DNA of 64,000 nt from a virus: IMG/VR virus record IMGVR_UViG_3300044858_003017. One strand, given 5' to 3'. How positions within the stretch are numbered: position 1 is the stretch's first letter; each line of letters starts with the position of its first letter. Below are positions 1-8,707 of this stretch, piece by piece. The position numbers and the translations under genes are program-made. The notes below the pieces were generated by a model that worked only from the letters and a program-made list of their open reading frames with translations, was not told the origin of the DNA and did not search any database.

Positions 1-1086
1 ACCATTTTTAAATACACTACCAAACAGTGGTATTATTGCAATCATTGATAACAATGCTTCTAATTTCTTACCGCGTATCCAATATACCAATCCATTAAGT
101 ACATCAATAGCATCACCATATCCTGGAATTAATCCTGCCCAATCTGCAACACTTTGAATTCTATCAACCCACGATGTTGCAGAAAAATCATATTCTTTTT
201 GATTTTTCCATTTCGTTTCATATTTTCTTTTAACGCCGGTAATATCTAACCATAAAGCTCGTGCAAATCCTGCACCCTTATATGGATCATAATTTTTTTC
301 TAAAAATTTATTGTTAAATGTAAACATTAATGTATAATCATTTTGAACGCCAGTTAATATCGGAGCTTCTTTTTCTAATTCCGAATATATTGAAATTTTA
401 TTGCCCGTTACTTTATAAGTAAATGCTGATTCTTTTGCCATTGATAGTGTCTCGGGCATAATTGTTACAGTTCCGTCTGGATGAAATCGCATAAATGCAA
501 TAGATTTACCTTTATTGTCTGTACATAAAATTTCATAATCATACCATTGATTACCCGGATTTGATCTATCAAATACATATCCCGAATTCATACGTTCGCC
601 TTTATCTGCTTTACCGTATTGTGGATCTTGCTGTACAATTTGTTTAAAGAAATTATCAGCTGCAGTGTTTTTCCATTTATTAAATGGCGTTGACTTATCG
701 AATTTACCAGTTTTAATAAATTTTAATATTTCTGCTTGTTGATTGTTTACTATGAAATTATAACTTTTTGATAAAAAATCTTTTTTAACCTTCTCAGCTG
801 ATTTTAGAATATTTAAAATATGTTGCTTATTTGATGCGGCAAATGTCTGTGCATCAGTTCTTGCAAGGTCTGACCCTGTTTTAGGATTCCACGGTGCTAT
901 TTGTTCATTTAATGATTTGATTTCTGTATCATTTAATTGACCAAATCGCAATTCATGATATTCTCGTAAAAATTTTAATATGCGAACATGTTTTTCTATG
1001 TCAATATTAGCTGATACATTATTTGCAGATAATGGTATTAATTGCGGTTTTAATGATGATTCAATAATTAAATCTAATGATTTCAT
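1..1086 (-). CDS. Large protein running off the window edge, with a pre-toxin TG-like motif (5' part only)
   Basis: Not in the ORF track. Hand translation from ATG at 1086 is open to base 1 (MKSLDLIIES...DWAGLIPGYGDAIDVLNGLVYWIRGKKLEALLSMIAIIPLFGS). A late-type motif lies at 1106-1114. Confidence 0.8.
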   Translation of the reverse strand, partial: MKSLDLIIESSLKPQLIPLSANNVSANIDIEKHVRILKFLREYHELRFGQLNDTEIKSLNEQIAPWNPKTGSDLARTDAQTFAASNKQHILNILKSAEKVKKDFLSKSYNFIVNNQQAEILKFIKTGKFDKSTPFNKWKNTAADNFFKQIVQQDPQYGKADKGERMNSGYVFDRSNPGNQWYDYEILCTDNKGKSIAFMRFHPDGTVTIMPETLSMAKESAFTYKVTGNKISIYSELEKEAPILTGVQNDYTLMFTFNNKFLEKNYDPYKGAGFARALWLDITGVKRKYETKWKNQKEYDFSATSWVDRIQSVADWAGLIPGYGDAIDVLNGLVYWIRGKKLEALLSMIAIIPLFGSVFKNG

Positions 1087-1105
1087 AATATTATATACCT
1101 TTTTT

Positions 1106-1114
1106 AATAAATAT
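1106..1114 (-). promoter_or_regulatory. Putative late promoter ATATTTATW
   Basis: Recurring intergenic motif, about 20 nt upstream of ATG 1086. Confidence 0.55.
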
Positions 1115-1116
1115 GT

Positions 1117-1464
1117 TTACTTCCAAAAGAGTTGGACTAAAATAAGTGATAGCGCTAGCAATAACGATACCGATGTTTTTAAATTAACAGCTTCGCCTTT
1201 AAACATGTATGTCATAATGGTAAATACAATGATGCCGGCTACAAAAGATGTAAAACGACCAGGCCAGAATTGTCCGCCATACCCGGATACTGCATATCGC
1301 GTTGCTTCCATAAACGCCCATGTTATGGGAACTCCTAATAACATCAATGCAAATTTATATGTTCTAGCCCATTGCCATAATAAAGGACCATTTACTTGAA
1401 CCCAAACGACAATTTGGCCAAGAAAAAATATCAATAAAGATATTACAACGTGTTTATAATTCAT
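1117..1464 (-). CDS. Small 4-TM membrane protein, SMR/DMT-like
   Basis: 115 aa with four hydrophobic segments; MFKGEAVNLK before the last TM resembles DMT/SMR; TAATG overlap with the upstream gene. Confidence 0.6.
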   Translation of the reverse strand: MNYKHVVISLLIFFLGQIVVWVQVNGPLLWQWARTYKFALMLLGVPITWAFMEATRYAVSGYGGQFWPGRFTSFVAGIIVFTIMTYMFKGEAVNLKTSVSLLLALSLILVQLFWK

Positions 1465-2141
1465 TATTCAGATTGATTTGTTGCGTATTTTATTCCCATG
1501 ATTGTTCCAATAATACTAAATGCGTTGGTAAGCAATATTCCAAATATGTTTGACCAAGCTGCACTTATAACTTGAGTATCTTTTCCAACAATCAAAGTAA
1601 ATACATATACGCCTGTGGTAATGACGCCAACGCCGACAATTACATAAAGTGCAACTTTAACTATGGTTGAAATAAGTTCTGTTTGATTGCGCTTTTGTAA
1701 TAAATCCAAATCATTTTCTGCATTTTGTTTTGCAGCCTCTGCTTCTAATTTTGATTGTTCAGCACGTACCATTTCTACTCGTAACTCTTCCGTTAAACGA
1801 ATGTTAGTTGTTTTCCATTCATTCAACTCTTTATTTTGTTGTTCAAATGCCGTTTTTGATTGTTCAACATTTTCTAAGGTATCTTGTAACTCAGTTAATA
1901 TTCTTTGATTTTCATCATTCAATGAAGTCAATTCTTCATTTTGTTTTTGAATCTTTTTAGTCATCTCCAGACGCTTCTTTCGTTTTTCTGCGTCTTTAGA
2001 TTCACATTCTTTCAAATACTCTTTAAAGTCTTCATCATCTTCTCGTTCAATAAGCTTTGTAATATTGCCTTCGAGACCAATACCTTTTTTCTGATAAAGT
2101 TCAATTAACTGTTTTTTAGTATTGTCATCAATTTTAATCAT
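1464..2141 (-). CDS. Coiled-coil protein with two C-terminal TM helices (candidate output or partner of the two-component system)
   Basis: Long E/K/Q/N heptad-rich region followed by two hydrophobic helices; ATGA overlap with the response regulator. Confidence 0.7.
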   Translation of the reverse strand: MIKIDDNTKKQLIELYQKKGIGLEGNITKLIEREDDEDFKEYLKECESKDAEKRKKRLEMTKKIQKQNEELTSLNDENQRILTELQDTLENVEQSKTAFEQQNKELNEWKTTNIRLTEELRVEMVRAEQSKLEAEAAKQNAENDLDLLQKRNQTELISTIVKVALYVIVGVGVITTGVYVFTLIVGKDTQVISAAWSNIFGILLTNAFSIIGTIMGIKYATNQSE

Positions 2142-2575
2142 TTATAAATTTTAAATGGTGCTGTTCTATTTTTATAACCATCATAGTCTTTTCTAAAGTC
2201 TTCTAATCTAGGTTCTATATCATCTGATTTGATAATCCAAAACTGCGCTCCTACTTGTATAGCACGAGCTTGCTCTTCTGATTCATTTGATGATGAAATG
2301 ATTCCAATGACAACTTGATTGCCATATTCAAAATTAATTTTTCGTATCAATTCGATGCCATCAAATGAACTACCAATTATATTTAAATCAACAAATACGC
2401 ATTCTGGTTTTTCATCCGAACCACCATCATTAAACCATCGTTTAAATTTCTTTTCCGCCTCATCTGCACTACTAAGTGACTGCAATGATAAACTTATATC
2501 AAGCAATGAACATGCATCTTCAAACACTAAATGGAATAAATCCTCATCATCTACTAACAAAATTGAATCAATCAT
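2138..2575 (-). CDS. Single-domain response regulator (CheY-like receiver)
   Basis: ILLVDD acidic pocket (D9, D10), VFVDLN phosphoacceptor D63, IISSS (S94), WIIK (K116); no output domain. Confidence 0.93.
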   Translation of the reverse strand: MIDSILLVDDEDLFHLVFEDACSLLDISLSLQSLSSADEAEKKFKRWFNDGGSDEKPECVFVDLNIIGSSFDGIELIRKINFEYGNQVVIGIISSSNESEEQARAIQVGAQFWIIKSDDIEPRLEDFRKDYDGYKNRTAPFKIYK

Positions 2576-2584
2576 CTCTTTTCT

Positions 2585-3997
2585 TTATTTTACTTTTATT
2601 TTTATTTTAGTTCCAATTTCATTTTCCTCACATTCCATATCAAATCCATGCTCTTTTAATATAGCAAAAGATATGTTTAATCCAAGGCCAATTTCATCAT
2701 TATTTTCTTTCGAAACCGATTTTAAATGTTTTTTAAATTCTTTATTTGTCATACCAATTCCATTGTCTTGTACTATGATATGATTCCCTTCTATAAATAT
2801 CGATACGGTTTTGTTTTCGCTGTTATTGTATTTCAATCCGTTCTTAACTAAATTCTCAATTGCATTGCAAAATAATATTGAATTAACTGGTAATACTCCT
2901 AATTCTGAAATTGAAACTTGTTTAGCATAAGATGTCTTTTCAAAATAGTCATTTAATAATTGCGTAACATCTTGTTCGTCCGTATCAAAATCTACAGTAC
3001 GTTTAACTAGATTAGTAAATTCATATACGCTTTTATAAACTCGTTGTGTATGATTTAATCCTTCGCGTACCATTTTAAGTGACCCTTCAATCTTAAGTTG
3101 TTTGATAGTATCCACAGGTAATCTTTTTTCTAATGACGATATCCCACGTGGTATGTATGTGTTGATACCAGAGTGCATATCGTGCCTAATAATTCGCGCA
3201 GCATATTCTAAGTAGGTGTTTTTAGTATTTATATCCGCCAACTGTCTAATTATTTCTTTGTCTTGACCTTTAATTGTTTTTCGTTGGAATAAAATCATAA
3301 TACCTAAAAACATAAGTAAAATAGTAATACCCGCGCCAATCAAGTAATTATTTAATTTCTTCGCATCATCTTTTAATTTAACTGCTTCAACTTTCATTTT
3401 TTCTTCTTTAACAGTTAAATCAATGATTGTCTTTTCTTTGCCTAAATTCTTAATAGATTCATCCTTCGCTTTAATTACTTCGGGACTAGCATGACTTCTA
3501 ATAAGTGCTTCTTTTTCTTTGATTAGTTTTTCTATTTGGCCTTCAATCTCTTGTGCTAATTTCTTCATGTCCGTTGGACTCACATTTTCAAAAGACTTTG
3601 GTATACTTTGTAAAAATTCTTTATCGCTTTGCAAACTTGCTGCTATATCAGCTGGCACTTCTTCTTCAAATACAACTTCGGGTTCTAATTTTACAATTTC
3701 AACATGTGCCTTTACTCGTTCAAAATACCAATCAGCTCCTTCATACATGTCTCGTTGTCTAAACGCTTTACCCAATTGTCTACATATGTCAGCTTCATTC
3801 TTAGTAATATTGCGTTTTGATTTTTGTAAATCATCAATTCCAACTTTGTTAATTAAAGCTGTTATCTGCGGGTCTTCGGGACATGTAGGTATTCCTTTAA
3901 CCCAAACAATTGATTGTTCTGGATCGATTATTCTTGTTTGTGACGTAACGTTAATGGTTACGCATAATAATAATATCGTTAATAATAAATGTTTCAT
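2585..3997 (-). CDS. Sensor histidine kinase 2 (signal peptide, extracytoplasmic domain, TM, HisKA-like, HATPase)
   Basis: Likely start MKHLLL at 3997 (ATGA overlap). H-box RHDMHSG, N-box ENLVKNGLKY, G1 DNGIGM, G2 GLGLNI; TM YLIGAGITILLMFLGIMILF. Confidence 0.92.
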   Translation of the reverse strand: MKHLLLTILLLCVTINVTSQTRIIDPEQSIVWVKGIPTCPEDPQITALINKVGIDDLQKSKRNITKNEADICRQLGKAFRQRDMYEGADWYFERVKAHVEIVKLEPEVVFEEEVPADIAASLQSDKEFLQSIPKSFENVSPTDMKKLAQEIEGQIEKLIKEKEALIRSHASPEVIKAKDESIKNLGKEKTIIDLTVKEEKMKVEAVKLKDDAKKLNNYLIGAGITILLMFLGIMILFQRKTIKGQDKEIIRQLADINTKNTYLEYAARIIRHDMHSGINTYIPRGISSLEKRLPVDTIKQLKIEGSLKMVREGLNHTQRVYKSVYEFTNLVKRTVDFDTDEQDVTQLLNDYFEKTSYAKQVSISELGVLPVNSILFCNAIENLVKNGLKYNNSENKTVSIFIEGNHIIVQDNGIGMTNKEFKKHLKSVSKENNDEIGLGLNISFAILKEHGFDMECEENEIGTKIKIKVK

Positions 3998-4629
3998 GGC
4001 GTTGGTAGTATTTGATAAGGGAATTGAAATTGAGTTGGTCTCCATCTATCTTTATAATATGTCAACCAATCTTCATTAGGTTCATCTTTTATCTCTCGAT
4101 TATAATTTTTCCAATATGGATCATCAGAAACTGGTCCGCGTCTGGCTATAGAAAAATTACCAGTTCTTCTATGTCCAACAATTATATAAGAAGCTAGGTC
4201 TATTGCCATAACTGTAGATTTAGTATATGAATAATATATGATTGCATTGCTAGATGCCGTATTATACAACCATGTACTAACGCTATCATATCTTTGTTGC
4301 AAACTATCAAAATTACTAAATTTATTTTTAAGAGTAAATTGTAAATTGTTTGCAACAGCTTGTAGACTATCGATTACTAATTGTTGTTTGTCTTGTTGTT
4401 TTATCATTTCTAGATTAAGACTATCAATTATTGTTTGTTGTTTAGCAATATTGTTTTTATAAAATGCAACTCTGCTTCGTTGGTTTGCAAGAAGAAGTTC
4501 TATATCTTGATTTTGTTCAACGGTATAAATAACTACAGAATCGCCTTTTAATATAGTTTGTACTGGATAGTTTTGCGATAATGATATAAAAGATATTGCA
4601 ATAAGTAATATCGTCAATAACCGTTTCAT
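3994..4629 (-). CDS. Exported coiled-coil protein between the two kinases
   Basis: Sec-type leader MKRLLTILLIAISFISLS|Q and a Q-rich coiled coil; ATGA overlaps on both sides. Confidence 0.75.
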   Translation of the reverse strand: MKRLLTILLIAISFISLSQNYPVQTILKGDSVVIYTVEQNQDIELLLANQRSRVAFYKNNIAKQQTIIDSLNLEMIKQQDKQQLVIDSLQAVANNLQFTLKNKFSNFDSLQQRYDSVSTWLYNTASSNAIIYYSYTKSTVMAIDLASYIIVGHRRTGNFSIARRGPVSDDPYWKNYNREIKDEPNEDWLTYYKDRWRPTQFQFPYQILPTP

Positions 4630-5531
4630 GTCAACCTTATTTTTAATTTAGTTCCAATATTGTTTTTTTCACATGAAATTCCAAATCCATGTTCTTGTAG
4701 TATAGCAATACAAATATTCAATCCCAATCCACTGCCAGTTTCTTTTTGTCCTTCTTTTCTAGTATATGGTTGAGATAATGTATCAAATTCTTGTTGAGTT
4801 ATGCCGCGGCCATTATCTTGCAAAATCAACAAATCATTTTCCATATATATCTTAACTAATTTTAGATCACTATCGTTGTATTTTAATCCATTGCGAATTA
4901 AATTATCTAATGCTGTACAAAACAATGATTCATTAACTGATACAATGGGTAATTCGTCAATGATAACTTGACTTTTATATGAAGTAGATGCTAGATAATT
5001 TTCTAAGATAGTTTTTAAATTGTGATCGGCTCTATCTAATACGGCATCTTTTTTTACTAGATTAGTAAATTCATAAACACCTTTATAAACTTTTTGGGAA
5101 TGAGCAAGTCCTTCCTTTATCATTTTCAATGGTGCTTCAATTTTTAATTCTGCGATTACAGAATCAGGTACTCTGCGTTCTAAAGATGATATGCCTCTCG
5201 GAATATAAGTATTAATACCCGAATGCATATCGTGTCTAAGTATCTTTGCTGCATGTTCCAGATATGTATTTTGTTTGCGTACTTCGCCAACCTGATTATT
5301 AATCTCTTCAATCATCCGTCGTTTTTGTAATAAGAATTCAGATGCAAAAACAAAGAATGGAAATATAAATCCAATTACACAACCATATCCAAATTTGCTT
5401 AGTTCATAACTAGTAGAACACCAACCCATAATGGCACAAATTTGTACAATAAAGAAAATAATCATAATAGCACCAGTAATTCCTAGTGCTATTTTTGATT
5501 TTAATGATATGCCCGATAATGCATTGCGCAT
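4626..5531 (-). CDS. Sensor histidine kinase 1 (2 TM, short loop, HisKA-like, HATPase)
   Basis: Likely start MRNALS at 5531 (TAATG overlap with the amidase stop). H-box RHDMHSG, N-box DNLIRNGLKY, G1 DNGRGI, G2 GSGLGLNI. Confidence 0.92.
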   Translation of the reverse strand: MRNALSGISLKSKIALGITGAIMIIFFIVQICAIMGWCSTSYELSKFGYGCVIGFIFPFFVFASEFLLQKRRMIEEINNQVGEVRKQNTYLEHAAKILRHDMHSGINTYIPRGISSLERRVPDSVIAELKIEAPLKMIKEGLAHSQKVYKGVYEFTNLVKKDAVLDRADHNLKTILENYLASTSYKSQVIIDELPIVSVNESLFCTALDNLIRNGLKYNDSDLKLVKIYMENDLLILQDNGRGITQQEFDTLSQPYTRKEGQKETGSGLGLNICIAILQEHGFGISCEKNNIGTKLKIRLT

Positions 5532-6208
5532 TACAATGTTTTCAGCATTGCAATCATACGAGGACAAGGATATATATCCGATTTATCCTTACGATATGAA
5601 TTGTGCGTATACACACCTACTTCTCCTTTCAAAGCTCGCGTTGATACTGACCACATATCTTCTTCTCGGTATGTTAAGTCAATGCCGTAAGTGTCTCGCC
5701 AATGTAACAATAATTGTTTAACAGATTCAATTTGTGCATCTGTATACGCATGATAATATTTATGTCCTTTATATGGCGTTTCTAATTCCGTCACTTGATC
5801 TGCAGGAATTTCTCGATCCACATAATTATAAAATTTATCTCCAACTTTGTCTAATCCACCCCAGTTACAAATTTCAATTCCAATTGATATCTTATCTAAT
5901 GCTTTGTAAGGAACGCCCTTAGCTTTAAACACATCTTGTTTAAGTCCTAAATGATATCCCCAATGCTTAGATGAAAATGCTTGACAAATTTCTCCGTCGT
6001 ATGTATCTTTTGATACGCCTTTACCAGATATAGTAACGCAAGTTGCAATTCGTCCTCTATCATCATTAGCCCACATTTTAATTGTGCCTGGGCCTGATGA
6101 ATTACCTGCGGTGTGATGCAATACGATTTGTTTCTTTTCTGTTGCTTCTTTAATATACTGTGACTCTGGTAATGGAACTTGTTTAATTTTTGATGTATCT
6201 AAACTCAT
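5531..6208 (-). CDS. N-acetylmuramoyl-L-alanine amidase (Amidase_2-type endolysin)
   Basis: IVLHHTAG, SIGIEICN, YTDAQIES, H..RKDKSDIYP zinc-amidase motifs. Confidence 0.88.
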   Translation of the reverse strand: MSLDTSKIKQVPLPESQYIKEATEKKQIVLHHTAGNSSGPGTIKMWANDDRGRIATCVTISGKGVSKDTYDGEICQAFSSKHWGYHLGLKQDVFKAKGVPYKALDKISIGIEICNWGGLDKVGDKFYNYVDREIPADQVTELETPYKGHKYYHAYTDAQIESVKQLLLHWRDTYGIDLTYREEDMWSVSTRALKGEVGVYTHNSYRKDKSDIYPCPRMIAMLKTL

Positions 6209-6210
6209 AT

Positions 6211-6639
6211 TTAACCTTTATTTCGTAAACCTTTATGTAAATCAATTTTATCTAAAATTTCTAATAAAACTTTTCCTTCAATCAATCCCAACATTGATGC
6301 ATTCTTTAATGCACTAACAAGTTGAAATATTATGAATGGCAATAAAATGGTTTCACTCAACCACCCCGTACCCGGAAAACCTTTTTCGATAACTAACAAT
6401 ACCGTTAAAAACATAATCCATACTACCAATGTTCTCAAAACTTTAAGAGCTTTAAATGTTTTGAAGCCTTCATTTTTAGTACCAGCAATTACTCCAAAGA
6501 ACCCATCTGTCATTACTACTGCAACCAATGCCAAATACTGATCTGAATTTGACATTGCCAAGTTGAAGAAATATGTACAAATGAATGCCATCAATGTACT
6601 TGCCGAATATATTATCGCCGATAATGTTGTTGTTTTCAT
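6211..6639 (-). CDS. Phage holin (holin 4-like)
   Basis: 3-4 TM helices, D..FGVIAG and SALKNA motifs, basic C-terminus; lies between two peptidoglycan enzymes. Confidence 0.75.
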   Translation of the reverse strand: MKTTTLSAIIYSASTLMAFICTYFFNLAMSNSDQYLALVAVVMTDGFFGVIAGTKNEGFKTFKALKVLRTLVVWIMFLTVLLVIEKGFPGTGWLSETILLPFIIFQLVSALKNASMLGLIEGKVLLEILDKIDLHKGLRNKG

Positions 6640-7229
6640 TATTTAACGTCCGCAGATTCAATCAATGTATAAGTAAAAGAATTTCCATGGATGTCTTTGG
6701 CTTTACGACAAATTGTCATAAATTCTTCAAAATCTTTAACTCTTTTAAATACTTGACAACCTTCAGACCAATTTTCAACATAAGTTGAATCTGCACCCGC
6801 TTTGTGAATGTTGATTCCAAAAACACCTTCATCCACTTTGTTTTCAGCGTATGTCATGTTGCGATCTGCATCACGAAATACTTTTACTGATTTATATTGT
6901 TTTAATGCTTCATACTTACCTTGATGCAAACCAATTCCGTGTGAACCTCTGTATTGACCTTCAACTAATCGAGCAACGCCTTTTGCATTGTGATATTGCT
7001 GAACACCTTTCTTACCTGGATCAGTTGTACATGGCCATGCATGAAATTTCCATTCGCCATCAACTTTATATGATACTGTCATGATATCATCAAACACGTT
7101 AGTAACTTTATCACCTGTTGCAGAATTTCGTACTCCTACAATATTCACATCATAATTTTTTGCACCTTCAAACCAAACATATCCTTTAGCTTTTACGGTA
7201 GCTTCAATTTGTTCTCTTGTATAAGACAT
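6639..7229 (-). CDS. YkuD/L,D-transpeptidase-like cysteine peptidase, probable second endolysin
   Basis: GINIHKAG...WSEGCQV resembles the Hxx...SxGC motif; lysis gene context. Confidence 0.65.
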   Translation of the reverse strand: MSYTREQIEATVKAKGYVWFEGAKNYDVNIVGVRNSATGDKVTNVFDDIMTVSYKVDGEWKFHAWPCTTDPGKKGVQQYHNAKGVARLVEGQYRGSHGIGLHQGKYEALKQYKSVKVFRDADRNMTYAENKVDEGVFGINIHKAGADSTYVENWSEGCQVFKRVKDFEEFMTICRKAKDIHGNSFTYTLIESADVK

Positions 7230-7238
7230 TGTTAACCT

Positions 7239-7493
7239 TTATATTTCTTCGCTGTTTTCGTTATTTGATTTTTTTCCTGCAAACTTTTCTAAACCTGCAA
7301 TTCCTAAACTTCCCAATGTTACAATAACAAATGAATTGTAAATGTATTCATTTAATTTTAATTCATTACCAAAATATCCTGTTATTAAATCTACAACCAT
7401 TGCAAGTGTCATAACTGCAAATGACATAAATCCAATAATGGTTTTTTCATTGTAATCATTCGAATCTTTAAAGATTTGTTTGAATCCGCCCAT
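7239..7493 (-). CDS. Small 2-TM holin-like membrane protein
   Basis: Likely start MGGFKQ at 7493 (GGGAG SD); two TMs and a charged tail; first gene of the lysis operon. Confidence 0.6.
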   Translation of the reverse strand: MGGFKQIFKDSNDYNEKTIIGFMSFAVMTLAMVVDLITGYFGNELKLNEYIYNSFVIVTLGSLGIAGLEKFAGKKSNNENSEEI

Positions 7494-7521
7494 TATATCT
7501 CCCGTTAAATTATTACTTTCG

Positions 7522-7530
7522 TATAAATAT
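7522..7530 (-). promoter_or_regulatory. Putative late promoter heading the lysis + two-component operon
   Basis: ATATTTATA about 29 nt upstream of ATG 7493. Confidence 0.6.
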
Positions 7531-7558
7531 AACAAAACAAACAAATCAATGAGAAAAT

Positions 7559-8707
7559 TTATTTTTTACAAACAACTAGATCTTTTTCATATGTTTCCAT
7601 AGAAACAATTGTAATTTTTAAATTACCTATTGTAAAGGTGCCGGGTTCTCCAGAATCTTGTACTATTGCTGATAAATTTTGTATAACATCAAAATCTTGT
7701 TGAGTAAATGCATTTCCATCAATTTCTACAACGATATCATTATAATCATATCTATCCAACTCAGTTAATGAATGGCAACGTTTACGTAAATCAAATTTTG
7801 TATTAGGTTGTTCTAATGTAACATATTTCATCCACTCTGCATCTGAGTATATTTGTTCGCCAAACGGTTCTAATAATTCTAATAAGTGTGCCGTACAATT
7901 TTCAATACGTATTCCAATATTATATTTTGGTGCCGATAATCGCATACCCCATTTTCTAATGAAATTTCTATTTGAATTCAATTCAATTTGCTGTGTTCGA
8001 GTTTGATATTCTTCTGAAAATCTAGATGTTTTACTAACAAAATGATAACATATTGCATCCAATGCAGTAAAACAATTCATTCCCAATAAATTCCATCGAC
8101 GAATCAAATCATCATCTTCGCAAAACATTGGATTGAATAAATTATCCATACCTCCAATTTCTAATAACTTGATGCGAGGCATACACATAAAAAACGTAAT
8201 ACCAGATTCAGTTTTGTTTTCATATTTAGATTTATTTGTTCTAACAAACTCGTATAACGCCCCCTTATCAAACGTCTCTAAAGATGTACCCAAATCATGT
8301 ATTAGTTTACCTGGACGTTCATGTCCTGCGAATATAGGCGGTTCTATTGTGGTATATGCAACCACATTGTTAGCATCTACATGTTTTTCTAAATTTTCAA
8401 TAAAACCAGGCGCTAATACAATATCATTATGTAAATATGCTACATAGTCGCGCGTAGCTAATTCTGCTGCTTTGTTAAATGTATCAGAAAACGTTTTGTT
8501 TTCAACTGAATAGAAATACTTTAAGTTATCATCTAATAATGTGTCTAACCATTCATGCGTTCCATCAGTTGACCCATAACTTACAAAACATATTTCTACT
8601 TCTGGATATAATGCTCTAGTTGTTTCGTAAAAATGTTTATTGTAGTCTAAATTATTTTTTAGTCCTACTAATAATGAAATGTTATTTTCCATATAATATT
8701 TGTTCAA
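7559..8707 (-). CDS. Glycosyltransferase family 2-like
   Basis: GSTDGT, YLHNDI, FCEDDD, YHFVS GT-A motifs; start may be 8692. Confidence 0.85.
   Translation of the reverse strand: MNKYYMENNISLLVGLKNNLDYNKHFYETTRALYPEVEICFVSYGSTDGTHEWLDTLLDDNLKYFYSVENKTFSDTFNKAAELATRDYVAYLHNDIVLAPGFIENLEKHVDANNVVAYTTIEPPIFAGHERPGKLIHDLGTSLETFDKGALYEFVRTNKSKYENKTESGITFFMCMPRIKLLEIGGMDNLFNPMFCEDDDLIRRWNLLGMNCFTALDAICYHFVSKTSRFSEEYQTRTQQIELNSNRNFIRKWGMRLSAPKYNIGIRIENCTAHLLELLEPFGEQIYSDAEWMKYVTLEQPNTKFDLRKRCHSLTELDRYDYNDIVVEIDGNAFTQQDFDVIQNLSAIVQDSGEPGTFTIGNLKITIVSMETYEKDLVVCKK

Noticed and set aside
1117-5531. Two-component genes as host contamination or a prophage boundary
   Set aside because: They share strand and AT-rich composition with the rest, overlap the phage amidase stop, and are followed by another gene carrying the phage late motif.
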